A stretch of 64,000 nt of DNA from Fistulifera solaris (GCA_030295235.1 AP026125.1:1426001-1490000); one strand, 5' to 3'. Shown: positions 25,606 to 39,534, numbered from the stretch's first letter. A program made the numbers and translations. Notes: generated by a model not told the origin, from the sequence alone.

Positions 25606-27144
25606 ATGAACACCCAAGCCACTCAATTCTACCGCGAGTTCTTTTCCGATCTATCCATCGATCGATCCGAAGCCGGCGAATTAGCGGCATTTTTGAGCAA
25701 ACTGCAACCGCCTCCAGGGAAACTTGTTTGGTTGCGCTCACAGGCCTTCCGCGTTGGTAATGAGTTCTTGACGGACGACAAAGAGAAGAACAAATCCTTG
25801 TTGCGTGCTATCAACTATATCGTGCATGCTATCGAAACAAACTGCTTGCAGTAAGTAACGGATGCTACCGCATCTTTTGTGTGTTTACTCTCCCTCAACG
25901 CTCATACTACTCAGACCCAAGAACGTGGATCGCGTCGATGTAGAAATGGATACACTCAAAGAGTTTTATGCGAATCTGTATCAAGACTTGACCGTGAATG
26001 CGGCAGAGAATCAAGATATTCTCCGTTTCTTCCAGAAACATCCTCCCAGTGATCTGATCACGGCTCGAGCCACGGCATTTCAAGTGGCTTGTGATTTTCT
26101 CAGTGAGGACCGAACCACGAATGTTGCTTTGTTGGGCTGCATCAATGCGGCTGTTAACAGTCTGGAGTCAGCTTTGTATGAGCCACGAGACTATCATTTA
26201 GAGGCGCCACAAGAAGACTTGTCCGGTCTTTCGTTGGAACAAGCTGTGCAGAAACTTTGGGAGCTCGACGCGAACCGATTGGAGTCCGGCGATGATTACG
26301 TTATTAACGTTCAGGGAGGCAAGAAACCTTACTGGAAAGAAGACACGGCGACGGATCCTTTGTTCCAGTCGGTGGATAACGAGGTTTGGCAACGACCCAC
26401 TTACAAAGCCTTTCACACGCTGTTAGATAATTACTCCAGCGAACTAGGTGTTTCGGAAAGCGTTTCGGGAGTTGAAAGTCGTGAAGTTCTCGCATTCTTG
26501 GACGCTATTTGCCAGACTGCACCCATGCAGTTCTGTCATTATTATTGTCGGGCAAAAGATCCGGACCGTATTCCAGAAGATTTGGTTGAGTTCAAGACCC
26601 TTGTCCACAAGATATGGTTTGAGTTGTATCATCGTGGCGATACCGATGAGAAGGACAGTTCTGGATTTGAGCACGTTTTCCTGGGTGAAGTTCGCGACGG
26701 TGAGGTCACTGGCTTTCACAACTGGATTCAATTCTACTTCGAAGAAAAGAAAGGCGAGCTAGACTACCGCGGCTACCTTAAGCCTAGGTCGAAGAATGAT
26801 GCCGAATCCGACGGCAATGATCACTTGTTGACCTTGCAGTTTCATTGGAAGGGTGTCGAGAAATTTGCCGGTACTTTCTTTGTTGGCGTTAGTCCCGAAT
26901 TCGAAATGGCCTTGTATACTATGTGCTTTTTGATTGGCGAGGGAAGAGAATAACGTCGAGCTCGATACCGGTGTCGACGTGTTTGGCCTGTGGTAAGATT
27001 GTACATGCTTTTGTTGATCTTCTTATTTCGTGCACCTCTAATGGAACTTTTCAAATGAAATCGTTTAGTATCAAATGCTACCGGATGGCTCGAGATAAAA
27101 TTGGTACAGCTTTTCCGGAAGTAACCTCTCAATCGGAAGAGTAG
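25606..27144 (+). CDS. EndoU/XendoU poly(U)-specific endoribonuclease, multi-exon
   Basis: KLWELDANR, SSGFEHVFLGE, GFHNWIQFY and GVSPEFEMALYT. Introns near 25851-25914 and ~26992-27068. Confidence 0.9.
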
Positions 27145-27224
27145 AATTTCTTATTCATGATATTCGAAGACGTTTTTTTATGAAACAAATCATTAAAACG
27201 AAAGATAAAAAAAGTTATCAAAAT

Positions 27225-28457
27225 TCAGTCCTCGTCTACCAATGCAGGATTGAGCAACGGTGCTTCTCTCTTCCAATCCGGCCTCCTTTTAGGTTGCTTT
27301 CCCATTATCCAATCACAAACTTCTTGAACAAGTTCATTCAATTCGTCTTCGTCACCGTAGCTTGCTTTTTCGAATCCTCCCATGGCGTCTTTCACCATAT
27401 TCCGCGCGTCAATATCCGGAATGGTATCCAAGCCAAGCTCAAAAAAGACCGGTGTCAAATGCGTCCCGTCCAGACCAGACACATCAATCAAAGAGCACGC
27501 CTCGGATAATTGAGCACTGTTGTGAAGCGTATCCCGATCCATGGCAAACAATCGCGTTTTTCTCTGTATATTCTCGTCAAACCTACTGGCTATCAATTGA
27601 TAAGTTTGAGAAGACGTAGGACTGAAATCAATACCCATGGCTGACACGGCTGTTTCCGCAAAGCCAAAGAGTTGATTGAACAGGGCATCACTTTGTGGCG
27701 GCATGTTTCCACCCGGTCCGCCGATATTGCTCTGCAGCTGCTGCGCAAACTCACGCGCCATACGGACCGTTTCTCCGAAACCAAAGTTGTTGAACCCGAT
27801 GATCCCCATCCCGGCATATTCGGGCTTCATGGCACAATAGTGTATGATACTCAATTTGCCTCCTAAACTGTGTGACAAGGAGTATACGGAAAGTCCTTCA
27901 GGATACTGGAATTTGTCTTGACAGTACGAAACTGCCTGCAAAGCCCGTTCTCCTGTTTCTTTCGCCAAAGCAAAATGGTCCAAGGCAATCGTGTAAGGCA
28001 CCGCCAAAACTGCGGCATTGAGTCGATTCGACAAACGCAATAGCAATTCATTATAGGCAATTTGCGGGTATGTACCCAAACCTGCTCCTCCCACAAACAG
28101 AATCATACAGCTCGGTGTCGATCCGTACGGTGGTTCCAGTAAATATACTTTGTCTTTACTAGTACTATCAGCAAAAAGAGCCCCCAAAGGATCGCTTGAT
28201 GTAGGTCCGGAGGAGGTTGCGGACGATTCGGAATCTAACCGCAAAGTCTTCCAGCGCGATGCACCCGCTTTCGTCCTTTGCTGAATCTTCCATTGTTGAT
28301 CGAGTCTGGCTAAAGTGTTGGTAAGTTCCGAGAAATTATCGCTGTACAATCGTGTCCTTGAAATTATTCGATGTTCACGATTCAAGACCGAAAAAGCAAG
28401 AGCGTGCCCGAGACAAAAGAACAACAGGATCGAAGCAATGCGAGAAGCCGCAACCAT
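27225..28457 (-). CDS. DUF1350-like alpha/beta-hydrolase, plastid-type signal
   Basis: FVGGAGLGTYPQIAY, HSLGGKL, FNNF and GTHLTP; signal peptide ends ALA/F. Confidence 0.75.
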   Translation of the reverse strand: MVAASRIASILLFFCLGHALAFSVLNREHRIISRTRLYSDNFSELTNTLARLDQQWKIQQRTKAGASRWKTLRLDSESSATSSGPTSSDPLGALFADSTSKDKVYLLEPPYGSTPSCMILFVGGAGLGTYPQIAYNELLLRLSNRLNAAVLAVPYTIALDHFALAKETGERALQAVSYCQDKFQYPEGLSVYSLSHSLGGKLSIIHYCAMKPEYAGMGIIGFNNFGFGETVRMAREFAQQLQSNIGGPGGNMPPQSDALFNQLFGFAETAVSAMGIDFSPTSSQTYQLIASRFDENIQRKTRLFAMDRDTLHNSAQLSEACSLIDVSGLDGTHLTPVFFELGLDTIPDIDARNMVKDAMGGFEKASYGDEDELNELVQEVCDWIMGKQPKRRPDWKREAPLLNPALVDED

Positions 28458-28573
28458 TTCTAGATATCGATATCTTTTGCGAAACCGTGCTGTATTATAT
28501 CCTTGATAAGAGGCATGCAATGTTGGAAGACGAATGCATGAGTCAACCTAGAGCGCTGGCGGGGCAAAAGGAT

Positions 28574-29130
28574 TTTTACATTGTTGTCCAGATTCCAGAT
28601 GACTCCGAAAAATGGCGGGTTATCGAAATTGAACAAAATCCGGGTTCGCCCCTGTCGATAAATTTCCCTACGAGTACGAGAGCTACGTGGCGTGAAATCA
28701 CGTGGACATTCGAAGGGCTGCGTCATTCGTTTGATCAGCGTTTTGTTTTCAAATCAATGGCGGTTATTGTTTCCTGGATACAAAGGAAATACGGTGGACA
28801 AGGGAACGTTGACATCTGGGCACTGTAGGTCGAAGAATTGGATGATGGCGAAAAACACAATAACCGGGTGCCCCTGCAGAGATAAATTTCCTACGGCGGC
28901 TACGTAGATTACGCGTAGACATTGGAAGCGTCGTATCTTTCTGCTGTTTCATGATTCACTATCGTTTCACTATCAAACAAAAGTCGAATATTATTTCATG
29001 GCTTGCATAAGCGATGTTGGGCAACGTTTTGTTGACATTGGTGTCCAAAAGACGCGAAAAATGGTGTGTTCAAAATTGAACCATATCCGGGTTTCCCTCT
29101 GTCGATAAATTTCCCTACGAAAGCTACGTG
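28574..29130. repeat. Degenerate three-copy tandem repeat, ~223 bp period
   Basis: Anchor CCGGGT..GATAAATTT(C)CCTACG..GCTACGT at 28657, 28881 and 29104. Confidence 0.75.
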
Positions 29131-29256
29131 AAGGCTACGTACCAGGTAGATACTTTGAAGAAAGCCCACACCCCGTTACTTCAAACGAGGCGTCGGCGAC
29201 AACCATTGATCATACTACGGTACAAGCAAGCAAATTTTTATTAACCAAATTCATCA

Positions 29257-30200
29257 ATGTCATCCGATTCATCAAATGCAGAAGAAGCCTTGCGAGAGAG
29301 CCTGCGAGCTGCGCTGCAAACGCTGAGTCGCCGAGAGCCTTTTGATCCGACGTACAAGCGCCTCCTCGTCAACAACACTCGTCTGGCAAACCCTCCACTT
29401 TTATCGAGGGATAAATTCTATCGAAAGGTTGGATCGGATTTACGAGCGCGTGTTGAACTCTTTCTTGCGCAAACAGCTGGAAAGGAGCCTTTGGATCGCA
29501 TCGCACAGCGCCAGCCACTGGAAGACTCGGCTATGCGAGCATCCTTTACGTTGCGCGAAGCGAAAGAACACGAGCAACAAGCCTTTTGGATGCTACGCTA
29601 GCTTTATTTCCGAAACGAAATGGGATGGATGCTCAACAAAGGAAGCGTTATTTTCATGAAATGGTGCTCGGATTACAAAATCAGAAGAAAAAGATTAAAA
29701 CCAAAGCTTCGTCCGGAGTATCCGAATGGGAGCGTCAACGAGATCAAGCCAGAGCCAGGGAAGAAGCGAGGAGACTAAAAGAACAGGAAGAAAACAGACA
29801 GAATGATGATATGAGAAAGGCGCATACGCCTCAACAAGCGTTATACAAGCATTATTTTCCTATTTTCAAAAAACTATGGGAAATGGAATTCGCGCATTTG
29901 GGAGGTATCAACCCATTCCGCGTGGTGATTGATCGAGAAAACTGTGCTTCGGTGGGAGCACCAGACTACTTTGATATCATTGAAAAACCGATGAATTTGA
30001 CCTACATTCAACAGAAAGTAGAGGGCCGGAAGTATGAATCATTGCGGCCCTTCTTCGAAGACGTCGAGCTGATGCTCCGGAACGCAATTACTTACAATAG
30101 CGACGTCTCCAATCCTTACCGAATTGCAGCAGAGGAAATGAAGAAGATGTACATCAAACTAAAGAAAAGGCTACGTGATGCCATTCAAAAGAAAAGTTAG
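29257..30200 (+). CDS. Bromodomain protein (frameshift near 29585)
   Basis: PF..APDYFDIIEKPMNL..F.EDVELMLRNAITYN. Confidence 0.85.
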
Positions 30201-30300
30201 TGTGTCAATGAATAGTTTTTAAGGCAAGATGTGCTTGTTTTCGACTACTAAGCTAATCATTACTCCGTACTTTCTGGTTTAATTTTTTAGTCAAGGGGAC

Positions 30301-33300
30301 TTAAGCCAGAGTTCGAGCACTAACTAGTCCACTTTCGCTTATGTTGAGCAGTTCAAAATGCTTTTCAAGAGCTCTTTCCATCTTACTGCGAGCTGCTAGC
30401 AGGTCTGCCAGAAAGACGCTTTCAGCGTTAGCGTTAGCTTTCACTTCCAATTCGATGGCATTCCACAAAAGGTCTATTTTGCGATAAGGGACGTAATCGA
30501 TGTCGCCCTTTTCTGGAAGGCGGGAGGATGCTTTCGTCTGACGACCCCAGGATCCAGAGCCGCTTAGTACGGAGCTGACAAGCTTGCACGCTTCAATAAA
30601 CATACCACGTTTCATGTACAAACTCAATAAGGCATTTGGATCCCCCGAGTAAAGCGAATCGTCACTGTTTGATCGCTTTGCGAAAAGACCTGGTCGTTCA
30701 ATATCAGCATTACCGTAAGTCAAGAAATATTCGAGCCATGATGGTAACTGCGCGGCGCCGCTTTCTGAGAAAAGAAAAGCTTCAGCAACTTCCTTTGCAA
30801 TATTGTTTTCAGGAGTTGTATATATAGTGGTCAGGCTGTGACACAGAGCATTGGCACCACATTTTACAGCATCCGCGTATAACCCCGGCAAGAAGATGCC
30901 TGATCGTAGCGCCAAGACTGGAGGGCGCATAATAACTAAACCAGTTGTATCATGGGCTGATTGGAGTTGCGAAAGGGTCGGTCGTGTGGTAGGCACTAGT
31001 TCACCGGATGTCAGCGGTATTAAATAAGTGCACAAAAGATGACCAAGGGCATCGGCAAGGACGTCTCGACCACGAGGCTTGCTTTGGAGCATCTTCTTTT
31101 GCTGGTAGGTAACAATTAGTCCGTCGTGATAGTATCCGCAAGCAAAAAGGGTGTCGACGCATGTCTTTAGAGTGTCCCTTGTAATTGTTTGTTGTTGAAG
31201 AGCGGAAGTCGCAAAAGCTTTCCCAACAGGTGTTAAATCTTCATACAAATTCTTCAAGGCGATTGTCCAGACCGCTCTGGTCGCAAGCTCATCTTTGTGT
31301 GAAACGCGACATCATTGCCAATTCCATCCACTAATGCTTGAGAGCCCATGTTGGGTGCTAGAAAATCGCCTTGTGTACCTGGTACTTGATTCAAGGCAAG
31401 ACGACACCCAGATGAACCCAAAACAAGATCCTCAATGATCAGCTGTTCTCTGCGATCTAACGCTTGAAGGGATAACTCCAAAATATCCGTGGTATTTTGG
31501 TAAGCGATTGAGCTCTTTTGTATCTGACGTACATCGAGTGAGCCGCGTTCTTCCATTTACCCTGCGACACATGGAGGGAGTAAAGAGCACCAAAGTAGTC
31601 TGACAAAGGCTCGGGTTCAATTGCAAGGTGTGAGTAATGGTCGCGACAGCTATTCTCCTGGAGCGTTTCGACGGCTATAGAATACAACTCATTGTTTTTA
31701 TGAAGTGCTTCAATAAGGCCTTCTTCTTCGACACTATTGTCTAAAAGGAGACTCATCTCGCAAAGACTAGCCAAAGCACCACTGTCAACCATGGCTCTGA
31801 CGAGCCTCTCCACACGTTCACGCCGTGCTTGGACGTCGGAACAGCTTATTGATGCCTTCATCGCTGTTTTCCAATCCCTTACCGAAATTGGAAACAGAAA
31901 AAAGGGACAACCATAGCTTTTCCACACCTTCTTCGCCGTCGACAAGCGTGCAATGAATTGCTTCCATGATATAATCCTGCAAGACACTCGCATGTCGCTC
32001 TTGTCCTGCAAGGTGGTGGCATAACGTTTGCAGATTTTGCATCGACAAGCCCATATCTGAGGTATCAAATGCCAGCAGAACCACTGCCCGTTCAACCATG
32101 TAGCCGGCTTCCGCGTCGTTCGCCGTACGAGACGCAGTCAACAAGCACATAGCGAAAATGTGTTTCCGTTTAATTTCTACGATTCGACTGTCAACCGGCT
32201 TAGGCAATGACATACTGACTGCCAAAAGTCTCAATGCGAGCTTAGGTTCATCAGTTACGTTCCCAGTTGAAGGAGGAATAGGTGCCAGCTCCGGAAGTTT
32301 GACGTCGTTAAATGTTGAGCCATCTGCGTACGAGTCGCACATGTAGCGGTGGATGGCATCGACAGCAAGCTGAGTTACCGACGTGGTAAAGGCTGGCAAT
32401 GTTGGCGAGATTTTATTGTCGGAAAGATAAATCAGTAACGAGTCGATTGAGACCGTTTTCTCACGCATACCGTGAACCTCTAGGACACTGCTCAATCCCG
32501 CAGTGGGCACACGTAATGGTGTCTGTGATCCAGACGCTAGCGCCTGCAAAGGACCAGGCCTGGAGAAGACAAAGCGCATATTTACACGCTGAGCCGATAC
32601 ATACAAACCCGTCACAGCTTTTAGATAGGCCCTCAAAGAGGCAACGGCAAAATCGCCTGTCACTGTTTTCAGAACAACCAATTGACCCAAGAATACACGA
32701 CGGAGAATATCAATTGTTCGAATGGTCAGACCTGCAGCAGCAAGTCTTTGTTGTGTGGACATAATCCCTTTCCCACTAGAAGCACCAGGAGTTGAGACAT
32801 CCTTTGAAGACAGCAATTGAATGAGCGGAAGATGGTCAATTCTTTGAGCATCTTCATGTGCGTAATCAATATTTTCAATATCTGAAACTTCGTTCGCGGT
32901 CAAAAGGGTTTCAAAAAGCGGCGAAGCTTTCTTGCATACTTCAGTAAGGCATATTTCGAGACGGCCAATACTGTCAAGGTCAATCCCAAGTTTACCTCGA
33001 CGAACACAATCACGGGCGATACACTCAAATTTCGCAAGCGTCGAATACTCGTTTGAACATTCCACAGCGTTGAAAGCTTTCCAACTGACTTCGTCAAGAA
33101 GACTTTTACTCTCTGGAAGTCCTAAGCATCGTATAATAGAAATAGAACCCGCACGGACTACAACAGCTTTGTCGGTACCGGCACTGATCGCAGAAAAACA
33201 TAGCTGTACTCGCTCGAGACGCTCTTGCTCCCAAATTTCAGTTAAGAAAGATTTCCACCTGCTCTCATGATCTTGGCATGCAATGCGCCAATCCCCATCT

Positions 33301-35089
33301 ACTTGTGTTTGTTCGAGCTCAACTACGTCTTGAGCTTCCTGCGCACTTTCTCGACGAGATAATTTTTTGATTGAATCATAGATGGAAGTGCTGCCACTGT
33401 TCCCCGGAATGAAGCTGAGCTTCATAGATGTATTGGGTTGCATGCGCGACGCGTCTTTTCGACGCCAAGCTTGCACAGCCTGCAAAGTCTCAAGCTCGAT
33501 TGAAATGCTGTTATTAGACGGATAGCCTTGGTGAGTTCGATTCAGTTTCATCAAACCACGTCGAATGTAGAAGGGCAACGGTGGGAGAACTGTCCCTGTC
33601 CCTCGAGGATGCGAGGGCCGAAACAAGAAATTTAAGAAGTGTTGATCAATAAGCTGGATTCGGTCTTCAACTGATACAGGGCCGTCGGAGTCCATCGCGA
33701 ACGTAGTTTCGCTCATAAAAGTTAGCTTTTCTATTCGCTGTCTTTCTCTCGTTGCTAGATCTTCGAGAAAGAGAAATTCCGAACGAGCATACGGTTTACT
33801 TTTCATCATTGAATTTCCGTCTTTCTTGAATTCGGCATGGATGGAGCACTCGGATAAAGTGCTCTGAAAGACGACACTGAGCAAAACAATTCCGTCGTCT
33901 CGGAATGACATTGCAAACACAGAAGTCGCATCAGCTGGCGCCTGTAGTCGCATCTCGAGTTCCTTTCCTGTAGAATCACCATCTAGGGGTCCTTCCAAAA
34001 CAAATAAATTCGAATATCCCCTTGACATCAAGGAATCATTAGATTCGAGCACCTCTAGATCGGTGTCTTCCTCCATTTCAGTATCGAGAATGCGCGTTCG
34101 AATATGAATAGCCAAAGCATAATTGTCATGATAGCGTTTTGCTGTCATGGAAATAGCAAAACTATCATTCCCATCCCAAAGTTCTCCTCGTGGAATGCCC
34201 TGAACCGAAGGTTCTGTTACAGCCCACGGTAGCATTGATGGCAGCGGCTCATTTGAGTCTTCGAGTGTCCAGTGTCGCACTTTCCCATCAGTGTGCAAGG
34301 AGAACACGTGACGCGGATCATTATCCGCAACAGCCAGAGCAGAGACGGGCTGCATGTCAAAAAGGTCTCATTGATTGCAGAAGCAGAAGCGCGAAAAACG
34401 CTAGTGTATCGGAAAAGAACAGATGCGCGTTCTTTCATTCGTTCCTCGCATTTGACTTTGCTCCATTGCAACGTCTCCCTCGTCTCCAAATCACCGGCTA
34501 ACAAGAACGGATTCAAAGCAAGCAATACTCGAGCATGTGAGAGAACGGCTACCATCGAAGAATTTAGGTGAGCACGCGTCACGGATTCAAGCTTCTCCGC
34601 CAACTCTTCACCAGCTTTCCATAGAACAATATCTTCGTGCGGTTCGAAAAATTGGAGATCCAGTTTGATTCGGAGAATGGTTGCCTCTTCCGTTACAACG
34701 ATCAGGCCCACTGCATCGGACTGATCCCAAGGCACAGCTTGTACTTTAATAGGATTACTAAAGCATGAAGCTTCTGAACCGAGGTCAATTTGGATCATAG
34801 ATGGTGCGGAGCCATCATCCGGTAATAATGTGACAACCAACACAGACGGGTTTTCCGCAAGCGGCGATGTCACAACCTTGCAGTTCGCCAATGACGAAAC
34901 GCTGGCCATGCCTCTCAAGCGAGACAAGTCATCCTCTAGAAAATTATTAAGGGGCGAGTTGTACAACGTCAAGGACGAATCATCGCTAACCAATCGGAGA
35001 GTATGGCTGATATCATTGACAGCATATCGCCGTATGCCGACTTCCAAGGAGGGGAATACGACAGGAATTTCAATAGCAATTTCCCTCAT
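30301..35089 (-). CDS. NUP160: Nucleoporin Nup160/Nup120-like (several apparent frameshifts)
   Basis: N-terminal MREIAIEIP; FSLHTDGKVRHW; LYSLHVSQGKWKNAA; C-terminal ALLSLYMKRG..EA..VPY; ~1600 aa in total. Confidence 0.7.
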
Positions 35090-35310
35090 GAAACGGACGT
35101 TTCGTATACGTAGTAAGACAATGAAGATTTAGTTGACAGCTTTACCTGGTATCGCAATGTCATCAACAATGCGGTTCATGAGGTCGACGCATACCTCGTG
35201 ATATAGATACGCGCGCTGCACACTACATGCTGGCGAGCCAAGGCCAGACGGCCATGATGATATCCGTGAGGAGTCATGAGTGAAATTCAGTCTTGGTTAC
35301 GAAGACTTAA

Positions 35311-36690
35311 GTTTGGGATCATAACGAAAGTACTTGCGCGATCCAGAAATTCTGGAAACTGTGTTTGGGATTATAGTTACAGAAGTTGCGCAATATAGAA
35401 ATTCTGGATACTGTGTTTGGGAAAATAATTGAAGAAGTTGAGCGTTCCAGAAATTCTGGAATCGTTAATTATGATCATACAGAAATTCTGTGGTGGTCCA
35501 GAAATTCTGGACCAGTATTTTCGATTCGACCGCAATGCTGTGCCCTTTCGAGAAATTCCGGAGACGGTGTTTGGGATCATAACGAAAGAAACTGAGCGTT
35601 CCAGCAATTCTAGAAACTTTGTTTGGGATCATAAATGAAAAAGTTGCGCGTTCCAGAAATTCTGGAATCGTTAATTATGATCATACAAAAATTCTGTGGT
35701 GGTCCAGAAATTTTGGACCAGTGTTTTCGATCTGACCGCAATGCTGTGCCCGATCCAGAAATTCTGGAAACTGTGTTTGGGATCATAACGAAAGAAACTG
35801 AGCGTTCCAGCAATTCTAGAAACTTTGTTTGGGATCATAAATGAAAAAGTTGCGCGTTCCAGAAATTCTGGAATCGTTAATTATGATCATACAGAAATTC
35901 TGTGGTGGTCCAGAAATTCTGGACCAGTGTTTTCGATCTGACCGCAATGCTGTGCCCGATCCAGAAATTCTCGAGAGGGTGTTTGGGATCATAACGAAAG
36001 AAACTGAGCGTTCCAGCAATTCTAGAAACTGTGTTTGGGATCATAAATGAAAAAGTTGCGCGTTCCAGAAATTCTGGAATCGTTAATTATGATCATACAG
36101 AAATTCTGTGGTGGTCCAGAAATTTTGGACCAGTGTTTTCGATCTGACCGCAATGCTGTGCCCGATCCAGAAATTCTGGAAACTGTGTTTGGGATCATAA
36201 CGAAAGAAACTGAGCGTTCCAGCAATTCTAGAAACTTTGTTTGGGATCATAAATGAAAAAGTTGCGCGTTCCAGAAATTCTGGAATCGTTAATTATGATC
36301 ATACAGAAATTCTGTGGTGGTCCAGAAATTCTGGACCAGTGTTTTCGATCTGACCGCAATGCTGTGCCCGATCCAGAAATTCTCGAGAGGGTGTTTGGGA
36401 TCATAACGAAAGAAACTGAGCGTTCCAGCAATTCTAGAAACTTTGTTTGGGATCATAAATGAAAAAGTTGCGCGTTCCAGAAATTCTGGAATCGTTAATT
36501 ATGATCTTACAGAAATTCTGTGGTGGTCCAGAAATTCTGGACCAGTGTTTTCGATCCGACCGCAATGCTGTGCCCGTTCTAGTAATTCTGAAGAGGGTGT
36601 TTGGGGTTATTACTCATTGTTTGGGATCATAACGAAAGAAAATGAGCGTCTCAAGCATTCTGGAAACTGTGTTTGGGATCATAACGACAG
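35311..36690. repeat. Satellite, 206 bp unit, ~6 copies, rich in CCAGAAATTCTGG palindromes
   Basis: Equivalent positions at 35429, 35635, 35841, 36047 and 36253. Confidence 0.97.
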
Positions 36691-37053
36691 GGGTTGCACA
36701 TTTCCCTGGAAAAAAGACGAACGAGCAGGTTACTGGTAGACGCACACATAAAGACTGTGCCGATGGTAACTGCATTGCGATAACTACACAGTATGCTTAC
36801 CAAGCTAGCATAACTTCCACTATAAACAAGTCAAACAGCTAAAAATTGTGATTATCAGTCATGAATGAATCATCACGGTGATTTCTCTAGTTTTCGACGC
36901 AAGCTTTTGTTCCATCGAACAGATTGATAGAGCAAGAGACTAAATATTCTTAAAATTTAAACTTAGTAACATCCACCGATAAATACAGGGGTAAGCACAA
37001 TGAGAAGTATAATAGGTGTAGTTTGAATCCTGCAGCACGAAATCTAGAATTTA

Positions 37054-39534
37054 CTATCGCATCATTTCACGTTCGAATAGAACGGCGACCAGTCTTTTGA
37101 TCTCATTCATTTCATTCACAATTTCGTGCTTTTTCTCCGCGACGAGAGACTTCATTTGCATAACTTGCGTGCGGTCCAATGCGAGTTCTTGGAGGAGTTC
37201 GTACTTGAGACCGTTTACTTCCTCTTCAAGCTTTTTGACCTGAGTTTTCCGGAGCTCATCCTCCATCTCAATATCCGAAGAATGCTTTGAAATCACGCTA
37301 GTAAACACAGCCTCACGGATCTGGGGCGGCCAGAACCAACCCATCGTTAAAAGACCCAACAAAATCCATAGCGGAATAATGAATACAGCTGCCACCACCC
37401 GTAGCAGAGTGTAAGCGAGAAAATCGAAGGAAAAGTAGCCTTCTTCGACCTCGTCCTCAAAAAGTTCTGTTATCTGCTTCCACAAATCTTTCCCGAAAGG
37501 CCGACTTTTAGTTTGCGAAACGCCCGGCGAGCCCAAGTAATTTGCGATGGCGTCCATCTCAGACACGAAATCAAGGCGATTGGTCCAGAAGACAATAGCC
37601 GCGCGTTGATCTTGAATAACCTTGTATGAATCTGATACGATCGCAATGAGCACATTGGCCAAGAGAATGACAACTAAAAACATAAACAAAACAAAAAGCG
37701 TGGTGGCTACCCCAGAGTCCGCAAAGCTGCTCTCATCGACTTCTCCCAACAACATGGTATAGACACTAAGGAACGAATCCCATAAATTGCAATATGACTG
37801 AATCTGGCTGACTTCGCACCGAGTCTCATGCAAGGTTAATTCAGGATCCTGTTCAGGCCTGATCAAGCAGTAGGGCGTTTGTTGAAATGTCGTGTGAAAC
37901 ATTTGCGCAAAGGCAATCAATATAACAATCAATGCTGTCAAGAAGGCAACAAGCCGACGGACAACGTAGAATACACCACCGACAAAGACAGCAAAGTCAA
38001 TCATCATGTTTCGTAAGTAGGAAAGCAACTTCAACCACATGATCGAAGCGCTTACAGCGGCTGCTACCCGAAAGTAGTCTCTGTCACCCGTGCCAGTGTT
38101 CATCCTTATGGTCCAAAAGAAAACCAAGAAGACCAGCGATAAATTGACGGAGTTACTTGAATCATACAAGTACAAGTTCAGTGACTTGAGAGACAGCAAA
38201 CTGATTACTTGAACAATCTCACGGAGAGTGAAGTAAGCCCCACCGACATACAACGGCAAGAGTTCGATCAAGCCTAGAGCATCATCATTAGGGTCGTCAT
38301 TGAATCGTAGCTTGATCGACTTTTCGACAGATCTGAAGTAAAAGACAATAATCATGACGAGCACGTAAAAGTCGAGCATAAGAACTGCCGTAGGAAAGCG
38401 CTGTGAAATCTTTTCGTTCAATAGATTTTGCACGATAGGCATGACAACAGCTCTTTCTGACAACCAAACCGGGAGAGACTGGAGAGCCGTCAGAAAGTCA
38501 GCACTGGGTTCTGGATTTGCGTTTAGCAAATGTTCTAAGCAGCGAAATACAGATTCTTGTTTTTCTTCCCGCTTGTCGTCTTCGGTTCGAATCGTCGATG
38601 CGTACTCGGCCAAGACACGTAGCGGGAGGGGCCCGTTGTCAACCGAGTTGACAATCTCTCGATTCAGACTCAATAACAATCGGACCGCGGAAGGCACAGA
38701 CTTTCGTCCTGCATTCGATAGTGCGAAGTGAAGAGGCGTGCGATCACGCTTATCTTTTGTTTGAATCGCTTCAGGGTAAGCGTCCGTGAGCACATAAAGA
38801 ACCTCTTCCGACGCACCAAACGCACACGCGTAATGCAAGGGCTGTTAAGTTTTATGAGAGATTGTGAGATGTAGAGCACAGCAAATCGAAACATAGCACA
38901 AAGGAAAACGTACCAACATTCCAATTTCGTCAGGAAGTTTCGCTGCTCCCGATGAGCTCAACAGAAAGATAACATCCGGAGAGGCAGGCTTGTCACCCAA
39001 TGCAAAGTGTAGCGGCGTACGTCCGCGTCGATCGACGGCTGTCTTACTTTCCGGATAAGCGTCCGCCAACGCCTTGATGACCTCGGCCGAAGACCCGGAA
39101 GCGCATAGATAATGAATGGGCAGCCAGCCGAACGAATCCGGCCATCGAACAGTATCAGCCGCGATAGACAAGAGAACATCAATTACGTCCAGAGGAGGTA
39201 CGTGTCGACACGCAAAGTGCAAGGCCGTCAAACCGGACTCTCCTCGTTGTTCGGCCGCAGCTCGAACTTCAATGGCGTTGCGAGATGAGAGCCACTCTCT
39301 CACAGGATGCCAAGATTCTTCTGCTTCAATGTGTGATTCCGGGGTGTCTTTTGGAGCTTTGGCTCTTGCACAGAGAAAGTTGAGCAGCATCACATCGGGG
39401 ACGCTGTCATCACCTGTTGTAAAGGTGTCATTCGCGTCGCTGAGGAAGGAAGCCTCTTCACGCATGTTGTGCATTCCAGCGTCCTCTTGGCGTGCCGGGC
39501 CCATTTCGTACGATTCATCGTCATCTTGCGACAT
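37054..39534 (-). CDS. Ankyrin-repeat TRP-like cation channel, 2 exons
   Basis: Ankyrin repeats (GLTALHFAC, GRTPLHFAL); intron 38842-38913; TM helices, pore YTMLLGE, LLANVLIAIVSDSY. Confidence 0.85.

Noticed and set aside
35377..36739. Repeated 67-69 aa ORFs on both strands
   Set aside because: By-products of the 206-bp satellite; the unit length is not a multiple of 3 and no protein family is recognisable.
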